Source of the DNA: Minisyncoccales bacterium
GTDB taxonomy: Bacteria > Patescibacteriota > Minisyncoccia > Minisyncoccales > JAGMDC01
Direction of reading: 5' to 3'
Assembly: GCA_049642725.1 (NCBI GenBank)
Contig: JBARPC010000005.1
Coordinates: forward strand, 1-47,507
DNA: 47,507 nucleotides
Shown here: in pieces, positions 36,699 to 45,368 of the stretch
How positions within the stretch are numbered: the stretch's first letter is position 1
Layout: each line of letters begins with the position of its first letter
The notes under the pieces: generated by a model
The model's database searches: none
Seen by the model: the letters and a program-made list of their open reading frames with translations, nothing else
Told to the model about the DNA's origin: nothing
Made by a program: the position numbers and the translations under genes

Positions 36699-37211
36699 AT
36701 GCCCAATATAGAAGATCTAAAGCAAGCACAACAGCAATTAAACCCCCACACCAAACGAGGACAAATCGCTGAAAGCGATTCAGTTGGAGAAGCCAGTCCT
36801 CGTTCTGGTGTGGGGGTAAAGGAAAGCGAGCAAGACCCAAAAGACACTAAAAATTTTCCCAGAAGAACTTCTCCTCCCTTCACTGTTTCCAGAGCTGTTA
36901 GCGAAGTGCCTGACGTTTCTCTAAACAAGAAGGAAATTCAAGGACAGGAGGAGAAGAGTTGGGTTTCTCCCCAAGAATGGCAAAAAGAAATCTTAAATGA
37001 AAAGCAAAAACTTGAAAAGGCGTCTAAGGAAATAGAAAATTGGCAGGCAAAAATTCAAGAACGGCTTGGGATAATAAAAAAATTAGAATCTCAAAGCGAA
37101 AAAATAGATGAAGCGGTAGGGGAACTTCAGCAGAAAATAGTTTTAGTAAAAAAAGAAAATAATACTTTCTTGTATCAAATAAGAACCTCTCGCTTCGCTC
37201 GAGAACCTTGA
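36699..37211 (+). CDS. Coiled-coil hypothetical protein
   Basis: 170-aa ORF with a coiled C-terminal half. Confidence 0.45.
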   Translation: MPNIEDLKQAQQQLNPHTKRGQIAESDSVGEASPRSGVGVKESEQDPKDTKNFPRRTSPPFTVSRAVSEVPDVSLNKKEIQGQEEKSWVSPQEWQKEILNEKQKLEKASKEIENWQAKIQERLGIIKKLESQSEKIDEAVGELQQKIVLVKKENNTFLYQIRTSRFAREP

Positions 37212-37262
37212 TTCCTGCCGGCACTAATGTATAAACATATAATTTTGAATTAAAAAACAATA

Positions 37263-37709
37263 TTGAACATGGAAACCGAGTTGGAAATTTTAAAGAAGAT
37301 TCTGAAAAATAAAAAATCTGCTTACGTTCGATTGATTTCTGTTCAAACTGGCCTTGGCGCAGATTATGTTCGATATATTTGTAAAAATTTACAAAGAAAA
37401 AATTTAATAAAAAAGCAGGGGAGAGATGAATATTCAATAAACCACGCAGGAGAAAAGGAATTGGAAAAAAGGGGATTAATTAAAACAAAAGGGATTTTCC
37501 AAAGTTCACAAACTGGTTGTCCAGCTTTTGCAAAATTAGCTCTGTGGAAACCAAAGGAAATTAAAGTTGGAACAACTCCTGTTGTTAGAGCTAAAATTGA
37601 AAAAAAATTGAATTTTCCTGAATTAAAAGAAGAAAAGTTAACCATTGGTAAAAAGGTCGAAAAAGCAGTATCATTTCTTAAAAAATTAAAAGGAAAGGAG
37701 GGATTCTAA
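37263..37709 (+). CDS. Winged-helix DNA-binding protein (putative regulator)
   Basis: LEILKKILKNKKSAYVRLISVQTGLGADYVRYICKNLQRKNLIKK is paralogous to 33629..33943. Confidence 0.45.
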   Translation: MNMETELEILKKILKNKKSAYVRLISVQTGLGADYVRYICKNLQRKNLIKKQGRDEYSINHAGEKELEKRGLIKTKGIFQSSQTGCPAFAKLALWKPKEIKVGTTPVVRAKIEKKLNFPELKEEKLTIGKKVEKAVSFLKKLKGKEGF

Positions 37710-37717
37710 AAAGGATT

Positions 37718-38761
37718 ATGAAAAAAGGAAAGAAGAAAATTAAACAATCGCAAGCTATGCCATCTCAAATTGGAAGAGGTTTAGATGTAGGGACTACTTT
37801 CATCTATTCAGCCCAGAAAATGGGTTCGGAAGTGAAATTTAATACTGAGCGAAACGCGTTCTTTGATATTGAGCGAAATGATTTCGTTGAAAACATATTA
37901 AAAAAATCCAATGTAAAATGCGCCCTAAAGGGAGATAAACTCTGTGTGATAGGAGAAAATGCGCTAAAATTTGCCAATGTTTTTGGCAAAGAAACGAGAC
38001 GTTCTTTAAAAAGCGGAGTAATTAGTCCCCAAGAAGAGGATGCTTTACCGATTCTAAATCTAATTATTGAAAATACTTTAGGTCCCCATCGCCATAAGGG
38101 CGAAACTATCTTTTATTCAGTTCCGGGCGCTCCGGTAGACGCTGATTTCAATGTAATTTACCATGAACAGATTTTAAGAAGAATGCTTCAGAATTTGGGA
38201 TATGAGCCAAAATCTATCAATGAGGGATTAGCAGTGATTTATTCTGAATTGGCTAATAATGATTTTACAGGGATGGGAATTTCTTTCGGCGGAGGAATGG
38301 CTAATGTTTGCCTGGCAGTAATGTCTATTCCAGTGTTTTCTTTCAGTATAGCCAAAGCAGGTGATTGGATAGATGCAGAAGTTGCGCGAGTAAGTAATGA
38401 AACTGGAAGCAAAATTACCGCAATTAAAGAATCCAGATTAGACCTTACGAAACCGGAAAATAGCTTAACTAAAATAGAGCAAGCTCTTTCTATTTATTAC
38501 AATCATTTAATCGAATATGTATTGAGTTGTGTTAAAAATGAAATTGAAAAGCAAAACAAAATGCCTTTATTAGAAAGCCCTATTTCTATTGTTATTTCTG
38601 GAGGAACAGCCAAGCCCAAAGGATTTTTAGAAAGATTTAAGACAGCCCTAAATAAAACTAATCTCCCCTTAAAAATCGGAGAAGTGAAACTGGCTTCCCA
38701 TCCTCTCCACACTGTAGCCAAAGGCGCGCTAATCGCAGCAATTGCTGATAAGGGAAAATGA
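37718..38761 (+). CDS. Actin-like ATPase (ASKHA fold; ParM/MamK/Hsp70-like)
   Basis: Phosphate-1 GLDVGTTFIY, connect/phosphate-2 GISFGGGMANVCLA, and adenosine VISGGTAK motifs. Confidence 0.55.
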   Translation: MKKGKKKIKQSQAMPSQIGRGLDVGTTFIYSAQKMGSEVKFNTERNAFFDIERNDFVENILKKSNVKCALKGDKLCVIGENALKFANVFGKETRRSLKSGVISPQEEDALPILNLIIENTLGPHRHKGETIFYSVPGAPVDADFNVIYHEQILRRMLQNLGYEPKSINEGLAVIYSELANNDFTGMGISFGGGMANVCLAVMSIPVFSFSIAKAGDWIDAEVARVSNETGSKITAIKESRLDLTKPENSLTKIEQALSIYYNHLIEYVLSCVKNEIEKQNKMPLLESPISIVISGGTAKPKGFLERFKTALNKTNLPLKIGEVKLASHPLHTVAKGALIAAIADKGK

Positions 38762-38765
38762 CATT

Positions 38766-39803
38766 ATGACAGAAGAAGGAAAATATATCTACTCCATAAT
38801 TAAAGAGAACAATGACCGAAGGTTTGATTGTATTGGGATAAATAATCGAGAGGTAAACATTGTTCACTACAAAGACATAGCAGCAGTGGTCTCAAGCAGT
38901 CCAATTATTAACTTTGATCGTTTAAACAAGAAAGAACTAACAAACCATGTTGCTACCCACCAAAGAGTAAATGAAGCAGTGATGAAAGAGTATGATGTTG
39001 TGCCTATGGCATTCGGAATTATTGCTCCCAGCGTCAATGAAGTGATGCGTATTTTAGAAAAAGCCTATCTTCAATTCAAAACAGCCTTTAAAAATATAAC
39101 CGGTAAAGCAGAATTTGCGGTTCAAGTATGGTGGAATCCAAAAAAACTTCTTGAAGAATTAGCTAACACCAATCCAGAAATCCGGAAATTAAAACAAACG
39201 GTGGTTTTGAAAGGAAGTATTTTAGGAATGCCAATGAAGTTGAAATTAGGAAAGTTAATACAAAAAGAAGCAGAAATTCAAAGACAAACTTTTATTAATG
39301 ATATTCATAAATCCCTAAGAAACTTATCCCTTGCTTCCACATCGAATAAATTAATTGATGATGAGATGATAGCCAACCTCTCTTTCTTAATAGAAAAAGC
39401 TAAAGAACTCGAGCTTGATAGAAAGATGCAAGAACTCGGAAAAAAATATGAGGGGAAATTAAAATTTAAATATATTGGGCCGATGCCTCCTTACAGTTTT
39501 GTAAGAATAAATTTAAACTTAGGCAATTTTGAAGTAGTTAATAGGGCAAGAAAACTTTTAGGATTAGAAGAAATAGCCACTCTTGATGAAATTAAAAAGG
39601 CTTATTATGTCCTTGCCCATCAATATCATCCGGATAAACATCAGGGTGACCCCCAAAAAGAAGAACAAATGAAAAAAATAGCCCAAGCCCATAGTATTTT
39701 GGAGAATTACTGCCAGAGTTATGATGATTTTGAAGGAAAAACCGAAGACCAAAAATATTCTTTTAAAGAAGGAGATGTTAAGGCCGCAATATTGATTCGT
39801 TAA
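38766..39803 (+). CDS. GvpF/L-family protein with a C-terminal J-domain
   Basis: N-terminal KYIYSIIKEN...VNIVHYKDIAAVVSS matches GvpF/L. C-terminal LDEIKKAYYVLAHQYHPDKHQGDPQKEEQMKKIAQAHSIL carries the HPD motif. Confidence 0.7.
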   Translation: MTEEGKYIYSIIKENNDRRFDCIGINNREVNIVHYKDIAAVVSSSPIINFDRLNKKELTNHVATHQRVNEAVMKEYDVVPMAFGIIAPSVNEVMRILEKAYLQFKTAFKNITGKAEFAVQVWWNPKKLLEELANTNPEIRKLKQTVVLKGSILGMPMKLKLGKLIQKEAEIQRQTFINDIHKSLRNLSLASTSNKLIDDEMIANLSFLIEKAKELELDRKMQELGKKYEGKLKFKYIGPMPPYSFVRINLNLGNFEVVNRARKLLGLEEIATLDEIKKAYYVLAHQYHPDKHQGDPQKEEQMKKIAQAHSILENYCQSYDDFEGKTEDQKYSFKEGDVKAAILIR

Positions 39804-39877
39804 TAACTCCCTTTTAATGAGGGGGGCATTAAAGGTCGAAGCATAAAATAAAAACCAAAATTAAAAAACAAAAAACT

Positions 39878-40216
39878 ATGTCAGAAATTATTACTTTATT
39901 CCAAACTCTGTATATTCAAGTTATTACGCTAATGATACTGATTGATATCCTTTTGGGAATTACTGCCGCGGTTGTCAAAAAAGATTTTCTTTTTGCGAAG
40001 TTAGCTGATTTTATGAAAGGCCCGGTAATAGCCTATATTTTAGGTTTTGCTGTTTTAGGAATGGTGGCTCCAGTATTGCCAATGATAGGCACTATTGCCT
40101 TGGGACCATTAGTTCTTAAGTTTGCCTTTGTTTTGATTGTCTTGACTTTATTGGCTTCCATTTTTAGGAATTTAAAGAAACTGGGATTACCGTTGCCAGG
40201 AATTCTGGAAAAATAA
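39878..40216 (+). CDS. Small multi-TM membrane protein
   Basis: 112 aa with three predicted TM helices. Confidence 0.45.
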   Translation: MSEIITLFQTLYIQVITLMILIDILLGITAAVVKKDFLFAKLADFMKGPVIAYILGFAVLGMVAPVLPMIGTIALGPLVLKFAFVLIVLTLLASIFRNLKKLGLPLPGILEK

Positions 40217-40221
40217 GTATT

Positions 40222-40256
40222 GGACGTGTGGCGTCCGAATTGGACGTCGCACGTCC
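40222..40256. promoter_or_regulatory. Two tandem 15-bp palindromes (GGACGTGTGGCGTCC and GGACGTCGCACGTCC)
   Basis: Located directly upstream of the ATG at 40265. Confidence 0.4.
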
Positions 40257-40264
40257 ATAAGATT

Positions 40265-41029
40265 ATGATCGAAGCTCAAGGAAAATATCTTTATTGCGTT
40301 ATTAAAGAAAAGAGTCCTAAGAAATTTAATATTTTGGGGCAGGAGGGAAAAGAAGTTTATACAATTAATGAAAGGGATTTGGCAATTGCGGTGAGCGATA
40401 CATTAAAAACAGAATATTCGTTTATCAAAGAACACTTGACAGGGCATCAAAGAGTTATTGAAGAGGTGATGAAGGAAGGATACGATGTTTTACCGGTTCG
40501 TTTTGGAACAATAGCAAAGACAGCCGAAGACGTCAGAGAAAAAATATTAAAATCAAAAAGAAAAGAACTTTTAGAAACATTTCCAAAAGTGGAAGGTAGA
40601 GTAGAATTGGGTTTAAGGGCTTATTGGAAAGATATGCCGGGTATTTTTCAAGAAATAGTTAAAGAAAACCCTGAAATTCAAACAGCAAAAAAAGAAGCTC
40701 AGAAAAACCCATTCCAAATGAAAGTTGCTAGTGTAGGAGAAATAGTCCAAAAAGCGCTTGATGCCAAAAGAGAAAGAGAAGCTGAAAAGATACTTAATCC
40801 TTTAAAGAAATTAGCGGTAGATTTTAAAGAAAGAGAATTTCTGAGATCAAGCGATGTTATGAAAGATTCAATGATTTTAAGCAGTGCTTTTCTGGTATCA
40901 AAAGATAATGAGAAAGAATTTGATAAAAGAGTAGAGTCCTTTACCAAAAAATATGGGGAGAGAATGAAATTTATTTACATGGGTCCTATTCCTCCTTTTA
41001 ATTTCGTAGAATTGGTTTTAAACATATGA
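40265..41029 (+). CDS. GvpF/L-family gas vesicle protein
   Basis: MIEAQGKYLYCVIKE...VYTINERDLAIAVSD. The track ORF begins at 40220 but that stretch is palindromic. Confidence 0.7.
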   Translation: MIEAQGKYLYCVIKEKSPKKFNILGQEGKEVYTINERDLAIAVSDTLKTEYSFIKEHLTGHQRVIEEVMKEGYDVLPVRFGTIAKTAEDVREKILKSKRKELLETFPKVEGRVELGLRAYWKDMPGIFQEIVKENPEIQTAKKEAQKNPFQMKVASVGEIVQKALDAKREREAEKILNPLKKLAVDFKEREFLRSSDVMKDSMILSSAFLVSKDNEKEFDKRVESFTKKYGERMKFIYMGPIPPFNFVELVLNI

Positions 41030-42975
41030 CAAATCAATTCCTCATCAACCCTAAATTGAATTTTATTATTTTTGGAGGAAAGGGCGGCAGCGGAAAAACA
41101 ACTTCAGCCTGCGCGACTGCCCTGCATTTAAGCCAAAAACAGGGAGATAAAAAGATTTTAGTGGTTTCTACTGATCCAGCCCCTTCAGTAGGCGATAGTT
41201 TCGATGTAGAAGTCGGCAATAAAATTACTCACATCAAAGACAATGTCTGGGCTCAAGAATTGGATGCCAAAGAATTAATGGAAGATTTTCGGAAAAAAAA
41301 TTTAGAGACCATTAAGACATTAGCAGATAGAGGGACTTATCTTTCAAGAGTTGATATAGAAGAATTTTCTTCTCTTTCTCTGCCGGGAATGGATGAGATG
41401 ATGGCTGTTATAAAAATTGCGAATCTTTTGAAAACTGAAAAATATGACTTAATTATTCTTGATACCGCGCCTACCGGCCATACTAAAGCGCTTCTATCAT
41501 TACCTAAAAAAATGAAAACATGGTTGAGGGTAGCAGATTTAATGCTCGCAAAACATCGATTTATGATGAGGAGAATAAGAGGAAAGTATGTAAAAGATGA
41601 ATGCGATAAATTTTTAGAAGAAAGCAGGGCTGATATAGAAAGAGTAGAGGAACTTTTAAAAAATTCTGAAAATACTGAATTTGTTCCGGTAACTATTCCT
41701 GAACCAATGAGTATATTAGAAACAGAGGATTTGGTTGATGATTTGAAAGAAATGGACATTTCTGTGAAAAGTATAATCTGCAATCGGGTAATGGTTCCAG
41801 ACAAATGTGTATTTTGCAGATTAAGAGTCAAAGAAAAAGAAAAGCACATTAAGTTGATTGAGGAGAAATTTAGCCATTACAATCTTTTTAAAATACCTCT
41901 TTTTCCTTCAGAAGTTAGGGGCAATAGCTCTTTACAAGAATATGGCAGGGTTTTATTTGGCGAAAAGAAATTTGAGATTGCTCTTCCGAGAATTTTACCG
42001 AAATTTCCAGAAATTCCCCAGGGCAGAATGGCTGATTTTCTGAAAAAAGATTTAAATTTTGTTATTTGCGGAGGAAAGGGAGGGGTGGGAAAAACCTCGG
42101 TAGCGGCAGCTACTGCCATATCTTTCGCCAAGAAGTATAAGGATAAAAAAATTCTTATTACCACCACTGATCCGGCTCACGCTTTAAGTAATATCTTTGC
42201 CCAAGAGATTCCTTTCGGAGAAAAAGCAGTTCCAATTCAAGGAATAAAAAATTTAGATGGATTAGAAATAGATGCTCAAAAATTACTTCAAGATTTTAAA
42301 GAAGAATATAAAAAAGATATCCAAGGAGTATTTGAAAAATTTTTTACTGGAGGCGTGGATGTAGCTTTTGACCGAAGAGTAATGGAAGAATTATTGGATT
42401 TTTCTCCGCCAGGATTAGAAGAAATAATGGCTTTGGGAAAAATCACCGATTTGATGAAGGAGGGTAAATATGATATTTATGTTTTAGATTCAGCCGCTTC
42501 TGGACACTTGCTTCGATTTTTAGAACTTCCTGGCTTAATAAGGAAATGGCTTAAAAGCATCTTTAAAATACTTCTTAAATATAAAAATATAACTAGGGCC
42601 GTAGAAATTAAAATTCGACTTCTGGAATTATCTAAAAATATTAGGAAAATTCAAGAAACATTATTTGGATCTAAAAATACGGAGTTTATAATGCTCAGTA
42701 TTGCCGAAGAAATGGGAGTAAGAGAAATGGGGGATTTAGGCAAATGTTTAGAAAAGTTGAATGTCAATTTCAATTATATTGTTATGAATTACATAAATCC
42801 TTCTTCTCGCTCCTGCAGATTCTGTTTAGCCAAAAGAAATAATCAAGAAAAATATATTAAATTAGTAAAGAAAAAATATCCTTCAAAAAAACTGATATTA
42901 ATTCCTTTATTGCCGCATGATATTCGAGGAATAGATTCTTTAAATAAGTTTTCAAAAATAATATACGGCATATAA
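41026..42975 (+). CDS. ArsA/GET3-family ATPase, tandem double domain
   Basis: Two deviant Walker A motifs (GGKGGSGKTT and GGKGGVGKTS) plus DTAPTGHT and DSAASGHLLRFLELP. Confidence 0.8.
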   Translation: MTNQFLINPKLNFIIFGGKGGSGKTTSACATALHLSQKQGDKKILVVSTDPAPSVGDSFDVEVGNKITHIKDNVWAQELDAKELMEDFRKKNLETIKTLADRGTYLSRVDIEEFSSLSLPGMDEMMAVIKIANLLKTEKYDLIILDTAPTGHTKALLSLPKKMKTWLRVADLMLAKHRFMMRRIRGKYVKDECDKFLEESRADIERVEELLKNSENTEFVPVTIPEPMSILETEDLVDDLKEMDISVKSIICNRVMVPDKCVFCRLRVKEKEKHIKLIEEKFSHYNLFKIPLFPSEVRGNSSLQEYGRVLFGEKKFEIALPRILPKFPEIPQGRMADFLKKDLNFVICGGKGGVGKTSVAAATAISFAKKYKDKKILITTTDPAHALSNIFAQEIPFGEKAVPIQGIKNLDGLEIDAQKLLQDFKEEYKKDIQGVFEKFFTGGVDVAFDRRVMEELLDFSPPGLEEIMALGKITDLMKEGKYDIYVLDSAASGHLLRFLELPGLIRKWLKSIFKILLKYKNITRAVEIKIRLLELSKNIRKIQETLFGSKNTEFIMLSIAEEMGVREMGDLGKCLEKLNVNFNYIVMNYINPSSRSCRFCLAKRNNQEKYIKLVKKKYPSKKLILIPLLPHDIRGIDSLNKFSKIIYGI

Positions 42976-42979
42976 TTTT

Positions 42980-43249
42980 ATGGCATTTTTAATAGACGAT
43001 ATATTATTAGCTCCAGTTAAAGGTGTTGTTTGGATAGCTGAAAAAGTCCGGGATATTGCCCTGGAAGAGATAGAAGACACCCCGGAAAAACTTCAAAGAG
43101 AACTCCTTGATTTACAAATGGAATTAGAGGTAGAACAAATTACCGAAAAAGAATATCAAAAAAAAGAGAAAGATATTTTAGAAAGATTAGAATCTTTAAA
43201 AGAAGAAGATAAAAGTAAAAAGGTCGACTCAAGAAAATTAAACAAATAA
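42980..43249 (+). CDS. gvpG: Gas vesicle protein GvpG
   Basis: MAFLIDDILLAPVKG...ELLDLQMELE...EKEYQKKEKDILERLESLK matches the GvpG pattern. Confidence 0.6.
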   Translation: MAFLIDDILLAPVKGVVWIAEKVRDIALEEIEDTPEKLQRELLDLQMELEVEQITEKEYQKKEKDILERLESLKEEDKSKKVDSRKLNK

Positions 43250-43260
43250 CAAAAATTATT

Positions 43261-43530
43261 ATGGAGCCAAAAGAACTTATAGAAAGCGCGAAAAAACAAT
43301 TAGCCGATTTAACTGGTTTTAAAGAACCGGCCGGAATTGGATTTAAAAAAGAAAAAGAAGGGTGGGTAGTAACAGTTGAAATTGTTGAAAAAAAATCTAT
43401 TCCCGAAGGAATGGATATTATAGGAACTTATGAGGTTCAAATAGATGCCAAAGGAGACCTGCTTGGTTATGAAAAAACGGCAATGCGGAAAAAAATGGAT
43501 ACTGGGGCCTTTGAGAAAAAAGAAGAGTAA
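43261..43530 (+). CDS. gvpO: Gas vesicle protein GvpO
   Basis: LADLTG...GWVVTVEIVEKKSIPEGMDIIGTYEVQIDAKGDLLGYEKT resembles the haloarchaeal GvpO core. Confidence 0.55.
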   Translation: MEPKELIESAKKQLADLTGFKEPAGIGFKKEKEGWVVTVEIVEKKSIPEGMDIIGTYEVQIDAKGDLLGYEKTAMRKKMDTGAFEKKEE

Positions 43531-43537
43531 AGGTTAA

Positions 43538-44344
43538 TTGTTCAATTTTATGGATAAGGGATTATATCTTTATTGTATTAGACGGAAAAATGACTCTAAA
43601 TTTTCTGGAAAAGGAATTGGAGGAGAGGAGGTTTATGCTATTCCTTATCAGGATTTAGAGGCAGTAGTGAGTGAAGTTTCTTTAGAAGAATTTGGTTCGG
43701 AAGAAATTCAGAGGAAAGCCCAAGAAGATCTCAAATGGATTAAAGAAAAAGCTCAACTTCACGAGCAAGCCGTTGAAGAAGCTATGAAAAGAGGTGATGG
43801 AGTTTTGAGTATAATTCCAATGAAATTTGGTACCATTTTTAAGACCAAAGAAAAACTAGAAGAAACCTTAAAAAAGCATTACAGACAATTTCGGGAAAGT
43901 TTAGAAAGATTGAAAGGAAAGCAAGAATGGGCAGTAAAAGTATATTTAAATCGCAAAGCCTTCGAAGAGGAAGTAAAAAAAGTTAGCAAGGTAGTGCAGG
44001 AAAAGGAAAAAGAAATAGCCCAACTTCCTGAAGGGATTGCCTATTTTATGCAAAAGCAAATAGATGAAGCCGTTTCAAAAGAAGCAGATAAGGCCATTGA
44101 AAATTATACTGAGATTTTTTTTGAAACTCTTAAAAAATATGCAGAGGCAGAGACTAAAGGAAAAATTTTAGAAAAAGAATTGACCGGAAAGTCCTTGTCC
44201 ATGGTTTTAAATGCTATTTTTCTTGTTTCCGAAGAGAAATTAGAAGATTTTATAAAAGAAATTGATAAATTAAATAAAGATTATAAACCCAAAGGTTTTA
44301 ATTTTGAATACGCTGGCCCCTGGCCGCCGTATAACTTCATTTAA
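43538..44344 (+). CDS. GvpF/L-family gas vesicle protein
   Basis: GLYLYCIRRKND...VYAIPYQDLEAVVSEV with a long helical C-terminal half. Confidence 0.7.
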   Translation: MFNFMDKGLYLYCIRRKNDSKFSGKGIGGEEVYAIPYQDLEAVVSEVSLEEFGSEEIQRKAQEDLKWIKEKAQLHEQAVEEAMKRGDGVLSIIPMKFGTIFKTKEKLEETLKKHYRQFRESLERLKGKQEWAVKVYLNRKAFEEEVKKVSKVVQEKEKEIAQLPEGIAYFMQKQIDEAVSKEADKAIENYTEIFFETLKKYAEAETKGKILEKELTGKSLSMVLNAIFLVSEEKLEDFIKEIDKLNKDYKPKGFNFEYAGPWPPYNFI

Positions 44345-44348
44345 AGAT

Positions 44349-44954
44349 ATGAAACATCATTCAATTAAAACTCCAGAGACTGATACAAAAAGCCCCATGG
44401 GAAGAGAGCCGACACTCGAGAAAGTAACCCTCATTGATGCCTTAGACAAGGTTCTTGAAAAAGGAGCAATAATACAGGGAGATGTGGCAATAAGGGTAGC
44501 CGATGTAGACCTTATATATTTAGGATTAAGAGTTCTTTTAACCTCTATTTCCAAAGCTGAAGAAATGTCTGGCAAAAATTGGAGAAGCTTTGGAACCGAT
44601 TATCATCCTAGTCAAGAACCGATTAAAGAAGAGTTGCAATATCTGGCAAAATTAGAACAAGAAATAAGGAAAGCAGAAGCTAATATACCCAAACTTATTG
44701 ATGCTGGAAACCCCAAAAAAGCAGAGCAGGGGATAGCCAAATTAGTCCTAACTCTTGTTGAACTCCTTAGAAGACTAATGGAAAAAGAAGTAGTTCGTCG
44801 AATTTCAAGAGGATCTCTTTCTAATGTAGAAATTCAAAAGCTGGGACTGACCTTTAAAGCCATGGAAAAGAAAATGCAAGAACTAAAAGTAGTTTTTGGG
44901 ATTGAGGATGAGGAGTTAAATCTGGACCTGGGGCCGCTCGGAAATCTAATGTAA
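44349..44954 (+). CDS. GvpA-superfamily protein: GvpJ/M-like core with GvpK-like C-terminal region
   Basis: TLIDALDKVLEKGAIIQGDVAIRVADVDLIYLGLRVLLTSI, then ...KLVLTLVELLRRLMEKEVVRRISRGSLSNVEIQKLG...LNLDLGPLGNLM. I remember the DLGPLG region as a GvpK feature. Confidence 0.6.
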   Translation: MKHHSIKTPETDTKSPMGREPTLEKVTLIDALDKVLEKGAIIQGDVAIRVADVDLIYLGLRVLLTSISKAEEMSGKNWRSFGTDYHPSQEPIKEELQYLAKLEQEIRKAEANIPKLIDAGNPKKAEQGIAKLVLTLVELLRRLMEKEVVRRISRGSLSNVEIQKLGLTFKAMEKKMQELKVVFGIEDEELNLDLGPLGNLM

Positions 44955-44982
44955 TTAAAATAATAAATAATTAATTAAAACT

Positions 44983-45291
44983 ATGGCACAACAAATTGCT
45001 CACGGTATAGAAGCCACAAACTTAGCTGATATTTTGGAACGAGTTTTAGATAAAGGAATTGTTATTGCTGGCGACATTCAGATTAAGCTAGCCGATGTTG
45101 AATTGCTGACCATCAAAATTAGATTATTGATTGCTTCAGTAGATAAAGCCAAAGAAATGGGAATTAATTGGTGGGAGACTGATTCTTATTTGAGTAGCCA
45201 AGCAAGAGAGATAGAGTCAGAAAAGGAAAGAATAAAACTAGAGAAGAAAGTGGAAGAACTCGAGAAAAAGCTGAAACCTAAAGCCGAATAA
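44983..45291 (+). CDS. Small GvpA-superfamily protein (GvpM/S/K-like)
   Basis: LADILERVLDKGIVIAGDIQIKLADVELLTIKIRLLIASV. Confidence 0.6.
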   Translation: MAQQIAHGIEATNLADILERVLDKGIVIAGDIQIKLADVELLTIKIRLLIASVDKAKEMGINWWETDSYLSSQAREIESEKERIKLEKKVEELEKKLKPKAE

Positions 45292-45368
45292 AAACCAAGG
45301 TCGAACCCACGCACCAAAATAAATTCGGTGCGGGGTAAATATTTTCAAATAATTAAATTCTATTTATT

